A DNA stretch of 64,000 nt from Eledone cirrhosa. Taxonomy: Eukaryota. Shown one piece after another: positions 28,201 through 41,231 of this stretch. Both the position numbers and the translations under genes were made by a program. The DNA lies in contig OZ024758.1 of NCBI GenBank assembly GCA_964016885.1, positions 19,902,001-19,966,000 on the forward strand, read 5' to 3'. The stretch's first letter is position 1; each line of letters opens with the position of its first letter. The notes under the pieces are model-generated. The model searched no databases and was not told where the DNA came from. It worked only from the letters and a program-made list of their open reading frames with translations.

Positions 28201-29736
28201 TTTTATAATTCAGAAAATGTATTTAAATAGATTCCAAATTGTCTATACTAGATCACGATATAAAATAGATAACATACAAAATAAGATGATATGCATTACA
28301 AGGAATAAGAATACTAAAATCGAATACAGTGATGAAGGCCATGGAATCCCTTAAGATAAACACATGGTCAACGAATGTATAACATTAACCATGCACTTAA
28401 CAAAAACATGAGTAAAATACATAACATCACAAAACAGCAATACGTGTTAATAATGAAGAGACCCTATAAGAATCGAAATAAAAAAAGAAAATAGAATACA
28501 TACGCAGTAATACCGATTTTCGGGAATCAATAAAAGCAGCTGCCGAAGCCCTATATAAAAACCATCTGATCTACTCAGTGAAATAGGTGGTATAAAGTGA
28601 ATCCAGTCTTAATGGTTATGTATATAGGTTAAAGCTTCAGTCGAACCACGCCTCAAAGGGATAGAGAAGTGTTATAGAACATAAACTTCAGATATAAATG
28701 TGAGAAACGTATATTTACTTAGTGAAATAGATAAAATAATGTCTCAAAATATTTTTTAAATGACATCTAAACAACAAACAATTTGATATCAATAAAAACG
28801 AAGAGTATCTAGAAGCAAGTGAAAAAGCTTCCAAAGATCACAACAGCTTATATAGATCAATAGAATGTCAATAACTTTGATATTTTTTTAGTAACATAAC
28901 TCATCGTTGTCATTATACTATATCGATAACTGTTGTGCGAGGCTATACAGACTAGTGTGGATTTACATTTTTTTTGTAATTGTCTTTATTTGAACATGCA
29001 AGCATAACCTCATTTAATTACAGTCGGCCAAGTAGTTCGAAGGGCGAATGTCTCTTCAAAGAAATTCATTATTATAATCTTATGGCATCCTTCCGAGATT
29101 AGGGTCAATAAAATAAAGTATCTGTTATTAGGAAGGATATAACCAAATGTCACTTCCCTTCTAATTACACACGCCGTGTATAGATTATGAAAAAACATTA
29201 TTATAATATTGTGCAACCACCTCCCTCACAATAAAAACACAACAAATGAATCATCTACATCAAACATTTAAAAAAAAATACTTTTCGAGTTTAAAAATTG
29301 TTTCTCTCTACGCTAAGCTTGTTGTTTATAATCAGATCAAACATATAGAATGCATGTATAATCTAAATATTTCCGGACTGACCTTATAGACTGTCTTGGA
29401 AGAGAAGTGGTCTACTCCGTCTATCATTTTCTAACTAGGGGAGGGAAACTAGGAGAGGGCACATTTAATGCCCATAGGGCAACCGATTAACCTATTAATT
29501 GCTCTAGATTGCAGTTCACTCCATTATTTAGGAACTGACTCTTCTTCATTATTGTTATTGTTTTCTATTGTTGTGTTTATTAATTTGACATTTAATAAGG
29601 GTTAACGTGTTATATTCTCGTCAGTGAGGTCCACCTACTTTCACTTGATCTGCACCACACCCCGTTGTATTCTTCTGACCTTGTATGATCTCCGATGTAT
29701 TGAACCCTCGTGACCAATAATGGCAATTATAATAAT

Positions 29737-29925
29737 GTTTCTACTTTTCGCAGAAGCCTAGCAATTACTCCAAGTTCATTACTGGTACTTTATTTTAACG
29801 ACCCCGTAAGGATGAAAGGTAAAGTTAACCTCGGCGGGATTTCATCTCAGACCGTAAATGAACGTAACTCTATGCTGCACAACGTGGCGTCTAACGCTCT
29901 ACCGATCCTGCCAATCCATCGCCCT
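29737..29925 (-). mobile_element. SINE family 1
   Basis: Reverse-complement homology to 58014-58198. Confidence 0.8.
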
Positions 29926-30796
29926 AAATAATAATAATGGTTTCTACTATAGGCACAAGGCCAGCAATATTAGTGTAGTCGTTAATAGTACAATTTTCCA
30001 AAAGATTTAAAAAAAAAAAAACTTTCTGTGAGGAATTAATAATCTAATTAAGATAATTCTCATATAATTCGCGCCGCGCATTTGTTGTCTGCAGCTAGAA
30101 AGAGTAATTATATTGGAAAGACAAATTACATTAGCAATAAAAATTGTGAAAATAACGTACAAAAGCATATTGGGATGTTGTTGCTGCTGTTGTTTAGCCG
30201 CGGATTAAAATTGATCGGCTCTCTTCATAATGAAAGGCATTTCCGCCACGTCCATATTCCCATTTTCTAATATACACAGTACACGTAGCACTACGTTATC
30301 AAATGAGATCTGATTTACAATTGTAGATTTGAACTTTAAAAATAAACTTTTGACATGAGTGACACACTTTAAAAATATTAAAGAATGATTAACTTGTCTT
30401 AGCCATACAAAATTAGCGTAATTAATAAAGAAACAATTAAATATATTATCACCTATCGGCGACCACCTGTCAAATCTCAAATATATTTCACTACTAATTA
30501 TTCTTTAAAAATAATCAGATTGACTTTATTTCCTGCCATATTAATGATTAACTGTGAATGTCTTAAATTTCGTGACACTATTAAATAATTTACATTAGTA
30601 AACTATTTCAGAAAAATTCATCCACATTCCTAGAAAGTCTAGCAAACAGGAATCACTTCAATGGATTAAACTACATCCGGTATGGTACATTTTCTTTATA
30701 ATACAAAACTGTCGTAATAAAACCTGTGTAATAAAATTCAATCTACCAAGTCTGATCCAACCTGCAGAAGAGACAGTAACAAAAGCATAAGGGCAT

Positions 30797-30981
30797 TGGA
30801 TTGGTAGTATCACTAGAGGGTCGGATGCCATGCTTTGCAGCATAGAGTTACGGCACTTTACGGTCTGAGTTCAAATCCTGCCAAGGTCAACTTTGCCTTT
30901 CATCCTTACAGTGTCGAAAAATTAAAGTACCAGTAATGCACATATTTATTTCTAGCCTTGTGCCAAATGTAGAAACAATTA
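30797..30981 (+). mobile_element. SINE family 1
   Basis: Homology to 58014-58198. Confidence 0.8.
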
Positions 30982-31848
30982 CTAAAGATATAAATAACTC
31001 ATACACTAACTGTATTTTCTATTGTTTTAAGCTGTTGGTGTTTGTTATTAATTAGGTTATAAATTATATACGGCTTGTGTTGCATGCTATGCCAGACCAT
31101 CAATTGGCGCTGACATTTGACATCAAACCTCCACACCAGCTTACTGGTAATTCGCATCAGGTGGGAACAGAACCTTATCTTCTTTTTCCTAATGGTATTG
31201 TGGCGTACTTGTTTTTGTCTGTTAATACTTCATTTACTGTTTTGTTCGCATGCCTGAGTATTTGGATTTTATTGTGGTTATTAGCCTATGTATGTGAGTA
31301 TGTTAGGCATGTGTGTGCATCAGGTTGTATGGCAGTGTGTATTCTTGTTACGTATAATCCATGTCTGGAAACGAAGCATATGGGAAGGAATCCTGGGTAG
31401 CAATCAATGGTTGGTTATTTCAGGATATGTTTAGAGGTGGGATCGGTGTACGCAATACGAACGGAAGTGATATGTGTGGAGGTCATGGAAAACTGAGGTA
31501 GTGAATCTTAGTTAGAATGGTCACAGTAAGAACGAGCTGGTTTGCTTAATTGTGGTGCAAGCGATGGTGGCGATTGGAGCATGTGTGTGTTGTGTTGTTA
31601 GGAAAGGATTTTAATGTTAACGTTTATTTTGAGCATGTAGTATAGTTATACACCTAGTATGATTAATTATATAATTAGTAGTGTTATTATCTGGTTAGAA
31701 GCGTTAGGAGAATTAGCCGTGTAGATAAGACAATGGCTGTGTCGGTGTGCAAATGTACGCATGAGGGGGAATATGTTGTTCAAAGCTGGTTGGAGCAGAT
31801 GTATATTAATGTGAGATTATTCTGTTAGTATCATTAATTAGTTAATTA

Positions 31849-32061
31849 GGGCAGTGGATTGGCAGCATCGGTAGAGGGTCGGACGCCATGCTTTGCAGCA
31901 TAGTCACGGGTCTTTATGATCCGAGTTCAAATCCCGCCGAGGTTAACTTTGCCTTTCATCCTTACGGGGTCGATAAAATAAAGTACCGGTCACGCACAAG
32001 GGTCGATGTAATGGACTATCCCCCCACATTGCTGACCTTGTGCTTCTCTGAGAAACAATTA
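31849..32061 (+). mobile_element. SINE family 1 (longer variant)
   Basis: Homology to 58014-58198 with extra GGGTCGATGTAATGGACTATCCCCC segment. Confidence 0.8.
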
Positions 32062-32674
32062 ATTAGTTACTTAGTAACGTTAGTAAAATAAATGTGTATA
32101 TATTTTCGTATTGGTGTATCTAAGTTCTTAGTTGTATTGCGAAGTGTGTGTGTGCGCGCGATAGCGCGTGTGTGTGTGTGTGTCTGTTTGTTTATGTGTT
32201 TTCGTACCTACGTATGTTAGTGTGTCTATTTAGGCCTCCAAGTGGGAGTGTTGCTGAAGTTGTAGTTCCCCTGTGTTGTAGTGTGAGTGTTTAGAATGTG
32301 GGTACTGGAGCAACGCAGTCTAAATCAAAAGGAACGGGGTAATAGGCCATTGATTGTAAATGCTTGAAATACAAAAGGGAGCAAGGGGCTGTCCTTCGTT
32401 CAGGGGCGAGCCTGTGTTTCCAGGACAAGCAATGTGGGAAAAAATTTGAGATGGTTGGTTGAATATCCAGTGGAGCGGAAATTTCCGATTAGCGGAGATT
32501 AGTTACTGTGCCGGGTGTCCTGGAGAAGCTTAGCGAAAGTAACTGCTAGTCTACAACCGGTTTATACGATGTAGCCAGCCTCACGTATCATGCGACTGAA
32601 TCTTTAGTTAAGATAGTAACGGAAATATCTGGTCATTATGCGGCCCATTGAACGTTCAGGCATCGATGATTATA

Positions 32675-32712
<38 letters not shown>

Positions 32713-32714
32713 GA

Positions 32715-32931
32715 AACGATCGACTTTCGTCAAATCGGACCTAGGGAACAATGTTTCCGTTGGTCTTTCCAATTGCTAATACTATCTATCGGTCGCAACT
32801 CCAGGTAGAAGGAGCAACGTGAAATAACGTGTCTTGCTCAAGGACATAACGCATCGCCTGGTCCAGGAATCGAACTCACAACCTTACGATTGCGAATCCA
32901 ATTCCCTAACCACTCAGCCACACGCCTTCAC
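32715..32931 (-). mobile_element. tRNA-derived CORE-like SINE (family 2)
   Basis: Minus strand GTGGCTGAGTGGTTAGG (A box), GAGTTCGATTCC (B box), TGTCCTTGAGCAAGACAC (CORE-like); second copy at 62185-62395. Confidence 0.75.
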
Positions 32932-32996
32932 TATATATATTTTATATATATATATCTACACACACACACACATACATACACACACACAGTAATAAT

Positions 32997-33284
32997 TGAT
33001 ACTACCTTTGGCACAAGGCCACCGATTTCCAGGTACATTACTGGTACTTTATTTTATCGACCCCGTAAGGATGAGAGGCAAAGTTAACCTCGGCGGGACT
33101 TGAATTCAGACCATAAAGAGGCGTAACTATGCTGGAAAGCATGGCGTCCGACTCTCTACCGATACTGCCAATTCACCGCCCTCATATATATATAGTAATA
33201 ATAATAAATGTGAAGACTAAAATGCGAAGAAGGCTCGATAAGCGATTCTTTGTTTAAACTTTAATCTGTTATTTTAATAAATAA

Positions 33285-33334
<50 letters not shown>

Positions 33335-33840
33335 CACGTTTCCTGTTAAGGATGTTAATAAACATATAGTTTTAAAAGAAATATTGATAATAATAATAAT
33401 TTTTTCTACTTTAGGCACAATGCCAGCAATTACCCAGTGCATTACTGGTACTTTATTTTATCGACCCCGTAAGGATGAAAGGCAAAGTCAACCTCGGCGG
33501 GATTTGAACTCAGATCGTAAAGGGACGTAACTATGCTAGAAAGCATGGCGTCCAACCCTCTACCGATACTGCCAATTCAATAATTATAATAATAATTGTT
33601 TCTACTTTTGGCACAAGGTCAGCAATTAACAAGTGTATTACTGGTACTTTATTTTATCGACCCCGTAAGGATGAAAGGCAAAGTTAACCTCCGCGGGTAA
33701 TGATAATGGTTTCTGATTTAGAAACAAAGCCGTAAATGTGGGGGTAGAGGAAAATCGATTAAATCGATCACCGTCCATGAGTGGTACTTTATTTCATCGA
33801 CCACATAACGATAAAATGCCAAGCTAACCTCGGCAGGATT
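32997..33840 (-). mobile_element. Cluster of four co-oriented SINE family 1 copies (32997-33183, 33401-33579, 33596-33696, 33707-33840)
   Basis: Repeated CTGGTACTTTATTTTATCGACCCCGTAAGGATGAAAGGC. Confidence 0.8.
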
Positions 33841-33885
<45 letters not shown>

Positions 33886-34990
33886 GTTTTAGTTTGTAAT
33901 ACTACTACTAGTAGTAGTAGTAATAATACTGGTAGTAGTAGCAGTAGTAGCAGTAGTAGTAGTAGTAGTAATGGTAGTAGTCGCACCATGAGCAAGATCA
34001 GCAGTAATAATTGTTACCACAGCAGGAACGACAGCAATAAAAATGAGAAATTAGTATTAGTTGTCATGTGGCTAGTAAGTTCTTGCGTCACCAAGTAAAA
34101 TATCAGCGTCATAGTATTATAGTGATAGTAGTAGTGACAGTAACATTTACACCATAAACAACAGCAGATGTTGGTTCTATACTAGTAGTAATAGTAGTAA
34201 ATATAGTAGTGGTGCTGGTGGTATTTGTAGTAGTAGTAGTAGTAGTAGTAGTTATATATAGTTGTAGAAGTTGCTGCTATAGTAGTACGTTTAGTAGTTA
34301 TAGTAGCAGTAAGGCTAGTAGTAGTAAAAGTAGTAGTAGTAGTAGTAGTTATTGCTGTAGTAGTCATTTTAGTAGTAGTAGTACTAGTAGTTATTGCTGT
34401 AGTATAACTAGTAGTAATAGTAGTATAACTAGTAGTAGTAATGGATTTAGTTGTAGTACTTTCAGTAGTGGTAGTTGTAATAGTGATATTAATAGTAGTG
34501 ATATTCATAGTATAACTAGTATTAGTATAACTAGTATTAGTAGTACATTTAGTTTTAGTAGTTGTAGTAGTAGTAATATTACATTTAGTTTTAGTAGTAG
34601 TATAAATAGTATTAGTAGTAGTATAACTAGTAGTAGTAATGGATTTAGGTGTAGTACTTTCACTAGTGGTAGTTGTAGTAGTGATATAAATAGTATAACT
34701 AGTAGGAATAGTAATAGTATAACTAGTAGTATTAGTAGTACGGTGGATTGGCACTATCGGTAGAGGGTCGGACGCCATGCTTTCAAGCATAGTTACGTCC
34801 CGCCGAGGTTGACTTTGCCTTTCATCCTTACTGGGTCGATAAAATAAAGTACCAGTAATGCACTGGGTAATTGCTGGCCTTGTGCCTAAAGTAGAAACAA
34901 GTATTAGTAGTACATTTAGTTTTAGTAGTAGTATTAGTATAACTAGTGTTAGTAGTACATTTAGGTGTAGTACTTTTAGTAGTGTCAGTA
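33841..34990. repeat. Degenerate (AGT)n array with internal duplications
   Basis: Direct inspection. Confidence 0.9.
34741..34900 (+). mobile_element. SINE family 1 with internal deletion, inserted in (AGT)n
   Basis: Homology to 58014-58198; B-box segment missing. Confidence 0.8.
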
Positions 34991-35170
34991 GTGTTTGTTG
35001 TTGTCATCGTTGCTTTTGTTGCAGTGTCAGCATGTGCAGTTGCAAGTTACACGCTGACGTCATCGGGGACATGAATATCTCCAGCATTGCCGACGTGGCG
35101 GACATTATTATGTCCATAATCAGATGAACATCATTAAAACTAAGATGTTAAGAGTGTTTTGTTTCATACC

Positions 35171-37070
35171 AACACAACCACATATACACCACCACCACAC
35201 ATACCACCACCACCACCACCACCACCACCACCACACATACAGCACCGGTCACACCACCACCTATACAGCCACCACCAGTGCTACTAGCTACACCACCACC
35301 AAATATACACCACCAGCTACACCACAACCACATATACACCACCACCACCACCACCACCACCACACATACATCACCGGTTACACCACCACCTATACAGCCA
35401 CCACCAGTGCTACTAGCTACACAACCACCAAATATACACCACCAGCTACACCACAACCACATATACACCACCACCACACATACCACCACCACCACCACAC
35501 ATACAGCACCGGTTACACCACCACCTATACAGCCACCACCAGTGGCACTGGCTAAACCACCACCAACTATACACCACCAGCTACACCACAACCACATATA
35601 CACCACCACCACCACCACCACCACCACACATACATCACCGGTTACACCACCACCTATACAGCCACCACCAGTGCTACTAGCTACACCACCACCAAATATA
35701 CACCACCAGCTACACCACAACCACATATACACCACCACACATACCACCACCACCACACATACAGCACCGGTTACACCACCACCTATACAGCCACCACCAG
35801 TGCTACTAGCTACACCACCACCAAATATACACCACCAGCTACACCACAACCACATATACACCACCACACATACCACCACCACCACACATACAGCACCGGT
35901 TACACCACCACCTATACAGCCACCACCAGTGCTACTAGCTACACCACCACCAAATATACACCACCAGCTACACCACAACCACATATACACCACCACACAT
36001 ACCACTACCACCACCACACATACAGCACCGGTTACACCACCACCTATACAGCCACCACCAGTGCTACTAGCTACACAACCACCAAATATACACCACCAGC
36101 TACACCACAACCACATATACACCACCACCACACATACCACCACCACCACCACACATACAGCACCGGTTACACCACCACCTATACAGCCACCACCAGTGGC
36201 ACTGGCTAAACCACCACCAACTATACACCACCAGCTACACCACAACCACATATACACCACCACCACACATACTACCACCACCACCACACATACAGCACCG
36301 GTTACACCACCACCTATACAGCCACCACCAGTGCTACTAGCTACACAACCACCAAATATACACCACCAGCTACACCGCAACCACATATACACCACCACTA
36401 CACATACCACCACCACCACCACACATACAGCACCGGTTACACCACCACCTATACAGCCACCACCAGTGCTACTAGCTACACAACCACCAAATATACACCA
36501 CCAGCTACACCGCAACCACATATACACCACCACTACACATACCACCACCACCACCACACATACAGCACCGGTTACACCACCACCTATACAGCCACCACCA
36601 GTGCTACTAGCTACACCACCACCAAATATACACCACCAGCTACACCACAACCACATATACACCACCACACATACCACCACCACCACCACACATACAGCAC
36701 CGGTTACACCACCACCTATACAGCCACCACCAGTGCTACTAGCTACACCACCACCAAATATACACCACCAGCTACACCACAACCACATATACACCACCAC
36801 TACACATACCACCACCACCACCACACATACAGCACCGGTTACACCACCACCTATACAGCCACCACCAGTGCTACTAGCTACACAACCACCAAATATACAC
36901 CACCAGCTACACCACAACCACATATACACCACCACACATACCCCCACCACCACCACACATACAGCACCGGTTACACCACCACCTATACAGCCACCACCAG
37001 TGGCACTGGCTACACCACCACCAACTATACACCACCAGCTACACCACAACCACATATACACACACCACCA
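35171..37070. repeat. Minisatellite, ~126-135-bp (CAC)-derived unit, ~14.5 copies
   Basis: Recurring CACATACAGCACCGGTTACACCACCACCTATACAGCCACCACCAGTGCTACTAGCTACACCACCACCAAATATACACCACCAGCTACACCACAACCACATATA; length variants are multiples of 3. Confidence 0.95.
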
Positions 37071-37406
37071 GTGCCACTAGCTACACCACCACATATACAC
37101 CACCACCACCAGCTGCATCACTGACACCACCAGTGGCGCTAGCTACACCACCACCACCACATAAATACCACCAGCTATACCACTACCAGCACCACTGACA
37201 CCACCAGTGCCGCTAGCTACACTACCACCACATATACATCACCAGCAACACCACCACCAACACCACTGACACCACTGACACCACCACATACACCACTAGC
37301 GCCACTGACACCACCACACATACACCACCCCCACATACACCACCACACATACACCACTACCACCACCACATACACCACCAGCGCCACTAGCTACACCACC
37401 AGCACC

Positions 37407-38400
37407 ATTCATCATCATCATCATCATCATAATCATCATTATCGTCGTCATCAGTATCATCATCATCATCATCACCACCACCAACGTAATCATCATCATC
37501 ATAATAATACTCATCATCATCACCAACATCACCATAGTGATACTCACCATCATAGTCATCACCATTATCACCATCACCATCATCATCATTATCACCATCA
37601 TGATCTTCATCACCATTATCACCATCACCATCACCATCACCATCATCAGCATCACCACCATCATCGTTATCATCATCATCATCATCACCGCCATCATCAG
37701 CATCGTCTTTAACTTCATCATCACCATCATAGCCATCATTGTTTTCCTCAGCGTCATCATCACCGTCATCACCATCATCCACTACACCATCATCCTTTTC
37801 ATCATCATCACCCTCATCATTATAATCATCAGCATCACCATCAACACCATCATACTAATCATCATCATCAACATCACCACCATCATCATTACCATCATCG
37901 TCACCACCATCAGCATCCTCATCACCATCATCATCATCAACACCATCATCATCTTCACCATCATCATCACCACCTTCATCATCAACACCGTAAGCATCAT
38001 CATCACCATCATCATCATCATCACCACCACCACCACCACCACCACCACCACCACCACCACCATCATCACCACCTTCATCATCAACACCGTCAGCAGCATC
38101 ATCATCATCATCACCACCATCATCATTACCATCATCATCATCACCATCATTATCTTCAACACCACCATCATCATCACCGCCATCAGCATCCTCATCATCA
38201 TCATCATCATCAACACCATCACCCTTATCATCATCATCGTCATCAGCATCACCATCATCATTACCATCATCATCAACGCCATCATCATCATCACCATCAT
38301 CATTATCAACACCACCACCAGTATGATCATCATCAACACCACCATCATCATAATCATCAACACCATCATCCTTATAATCATCATCATCATCATCATTATG
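37407..38400. repeat. Degenerate (CAT/CAC)n array
   Basis: Direct inspection. Confidence 0.95.
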
Positions 38401-38804
38401 AATAATTTTCTTTCGAACATCATCATCATGGCCGTCATAGATATATATATATATATATATATATAGATGTAAATGTTGACATGTGAGAGCCAGTGGTGGC
38501 GCTGTTGTATCTGGCGATCAATGTCATCAATAACAAAGACTTAGCTGTGTTAGCAGCAGCGCTGACCGAAAGCTCGGCTAACACCACGACCAACACAACA
38601 ACACCAACACCACTACACATATTCCTGCGCAGTCGCATTTATACAACTATGGGTCCAACTGCACATTCCGACATACATGTTAACACACGTATGGATTTGC
38701 GTGAATTGAGTATTAGAACTGACACGCACATACACACATACACACACACACACGCATGCACACTCTATCAGACACACACGATATATATCTAACTGTATAT
38801 ATAT

Positions 38805-38842
<38 letters not shown>

Positions 38843-38877
38843 TATAAGTATTAATAAAATAGATGTTCTTTTGATCA

Positions 38878-38940
38878 ATTACATTTTATTATACATATTT
38901 CTGATGTACAACAGTACGTCCTCATCAGACAAAATGTAAT
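38878..38940 (-). ncRNA. Minimal type I hammerhead ribozyme
   Basis: Minus strand ATTACATTTTGT-CTGATGA-ggacgtac-tgtt-gtacatca-GAAA-TATGTA-TA-ATAAAATGTAAT; 12-bp stem I. Confidence 0.82.
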
Positions 38941-39037
38941 GATACATGACATACACTGAGATGTTAAATGGTTAAGATTTAATCAAGGTACTCATTATTT
39001 GACATAATCATCGAATATTGTTTAACAACTTAATACT

Positions 39038-39082
<45 letters not shown>

Positions 39083-39087
<5 letters not shown>

Positions 39088-39237
39088 GAAGGATATGTGG
39101 TAAGGAACCAGGTGGACCATAACGCACCAAAGTACTCAATACTTAGGGTAATAGAGTGGGGAATTCTGGACTAAAATAGTCCACAATTAGCTGTCGAAAC
39201 GGCCTGAGCTCAGCCGTCGGGGTCCTACTCGTTCCTA
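39083..39237. mobile_element. Short TA-embedded dispersed repeat (second copy 53076-53160)
   Basis: Shared GTGGTAAGGAACCAG-TGGACCATAAC-CACCA-A-TACTCAATA-TTAGGGTA-TAGAGTGGGG. Confidence 0.65.
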
Positions 39238-39254
39238 TATATATATATATATAT

Positions 39255-39308
39255 ATGGAAAAAGATGAGTATTGACGTACATGTACGTCAATGCTCGTCT
39301 TTTTCCAT
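39255..39308. repeat. 54-bp imperfect palindrome beside (TA)n
   Basis: ATGGAAAAAGATGAGTATTGACGTACA|TGTACGTCAATGCTCGTCTTTTTCCAT. Confidence 0.85.
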
Positions 39309-39390
39309 TTATCTAAGGGTTCTAAACCCCATTATCAGGCTAACAGTCCTTTAGTCAAAAATACGGTGAAAGATATATATATATATATAA

Positions 39391-39421
<31 letters not shown>

Positions 39422-39462
39422 GTTTAGCGAGGTTTTCTATATGAAATCGTGTGTCGAAACAA

Positions 39463-40010
39463 ATATTGTTATACTTGGGGAGGGTCATATTTGTGTAATA
39501 TTGCCAGAATTAATAACAGAACACACTCACTGTTTGGTTGGTTTTCGCTTCTCGCTGTCTTTTATACCTGCGATCTAACTTAATCGGTCCTCAATGTTGC
39601 CATTGTAACACAGCAAACGTAACACTATACACACACGCAAACGCATGCGCAAAGAAGACAAAATAATATAAACAAACAAGCAAATAAATAAATAAATATA
39701 TAGACAGACTGAATAAAAAATGGCGTAGACATACAACACAACAGGAGGAAAAAATATAACACCACTGACGATGTTGCAGATGTGCAACGAAAGATTTATG
39801 TAAATTATGTAAACTATATATATGTGTTTGTGTCTATATTGTATCTGTATTATTTTTGACCGTCGGTCAGTAAATGGCAACATTGAGGACCGATTAAGTT
39901 AGATCGCAGATATAAAAGACAGCGAGAAGCGAAAACCAACCAAACAGTGAGCGTGTTCTGTTATTAATTCTGGCAATATTACACAAATTTGACCCTCCCC
40001 AAGTATAACA

Positions 40011-40014
<4 letters not shown>
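39463..40014. repeat. Inverted repeat, 142-bp arms, HHR-like spacer
   Basis: 39463-39604 vs 39873-40014. Confidence 0.9.
39761..39812 (+). ncRNA. Degenerate hammerhead-like motif in spacer of a 142-bp inverted repeat
   Basis: CTGACGA-tGTTGCA-gatg-TGCAAC-GAAA-gatttatgtaaatt; stems I/III imperfect; related copy at ~40173-40225. Confidence 0.5.
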
Positions 40015-40054
<40 letters not shown>

Positions 40055-40299
40055 GAACACATTCACTGTTTGGTTTGGATTGGGTTCACCTCTGTATCTT
40101 TTATATCTCCATAGTTAATTCATCTGGCAATTAATGTTTATCATTACAATTAAACGGGAGGAAACATAATAATACCACTGACGATATCACCGATCTGTAA
40201 CGAATGAAAATTGATAGATTATATATTTACATCTGTATTTTTAACCGTTGGTCGGTCAAGGATAAACATTGATTGCCAAATAAATTAACTATAAAGACA

Positions 40300-40323
40300 T
40301 TATATATATATATATATAAATAA

Positions 40324-40376
<53 letters not shown>

Positions 40377-40525
40377 TATATAAATAAAAAATAAATATAT
40401 AAATAAATAAATATATATATAAATAAATATATATATAAATAAATAAATATATATATAAATAAATATATATATAAATAAATAAATATATATATAAATAAAT
40501 ATATATATATATAAATAAATATATC

Positions 40526-40619
<94 letters not shown>

Positions 40620-40781
40620 CATAAATATATATATATATATTTATATATATACATAAATATATATAAATAAATATATATATATATAAATATATATAAATAA
40701 ATATATATATATATAAATAAATATATATAAATATATATAAATATATATATATAAATATATATAAATATATAAATATATATA

Positions 40782-40831
<50 letters not shown>

Positions 40832-40842
40832 CATAAATATAT

Positions 40843-40875
<33 letters not shown>

Positions 40876-40964
40876 AATATATATATATAAATAAATATAT
40901 ATATATATAAATAAATATATATAAATAAATATATATATATATATAAATATATATATATATAAAT

Positions 40965-41020
<56 letters not shown>
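40300..41020. repeat. Interrupted (TA)n/(TAAA) array
   Basis: Direct inspection. Confidence 0.95.
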
Positions 41021-41021
41021 G

Positions 41022-41196
41022 ATATTAACAAATGGAAACTATATTTATAAAACCATATTTATTTCATTATACATATTTCAAGGACACCAAGTTAAATTAT
41101 GGTGTGCTTTCATCAGATAAAATATAATATAGACCAGTTTTATAAATACATATTGACACACCCTTAAAGAATGCAACCATTACGGTTGGAAGCTCC

Positions 41197-41202
<6 letters not shown>
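41022..41202 (-). mobile_element. Short PLE-terminus/HHR element, family A, embedded in (TA)n
   Basis: Family homology; TA arrays on both sides. Confidence 0.7.
41060..41124 (-). ncRNA. Type I hammerhead ribozyme (family A)
   Basis: Minus strand TATTTTAT-CTGATGA-aagcacacca...tggtgtcctt-GAAA-TATGTA-TA-ATGAAATA. Confidence 0.78.

Positions 41203-41231
<29 letters not shown>

Noticed and set aside
32860-32931. tRNA gene
   Set aside because: tRNA-like head continues into a SINE body with a second copy; no proper acceptor stem
37296-38466. Poly-Met, poly-Asp and poly-Ile ORFs (reflectin- or acidic-protein-like)
   Set aside because: Frames of a degenerate (CAT)n array; no reflectin motif, signal peptide or splice support
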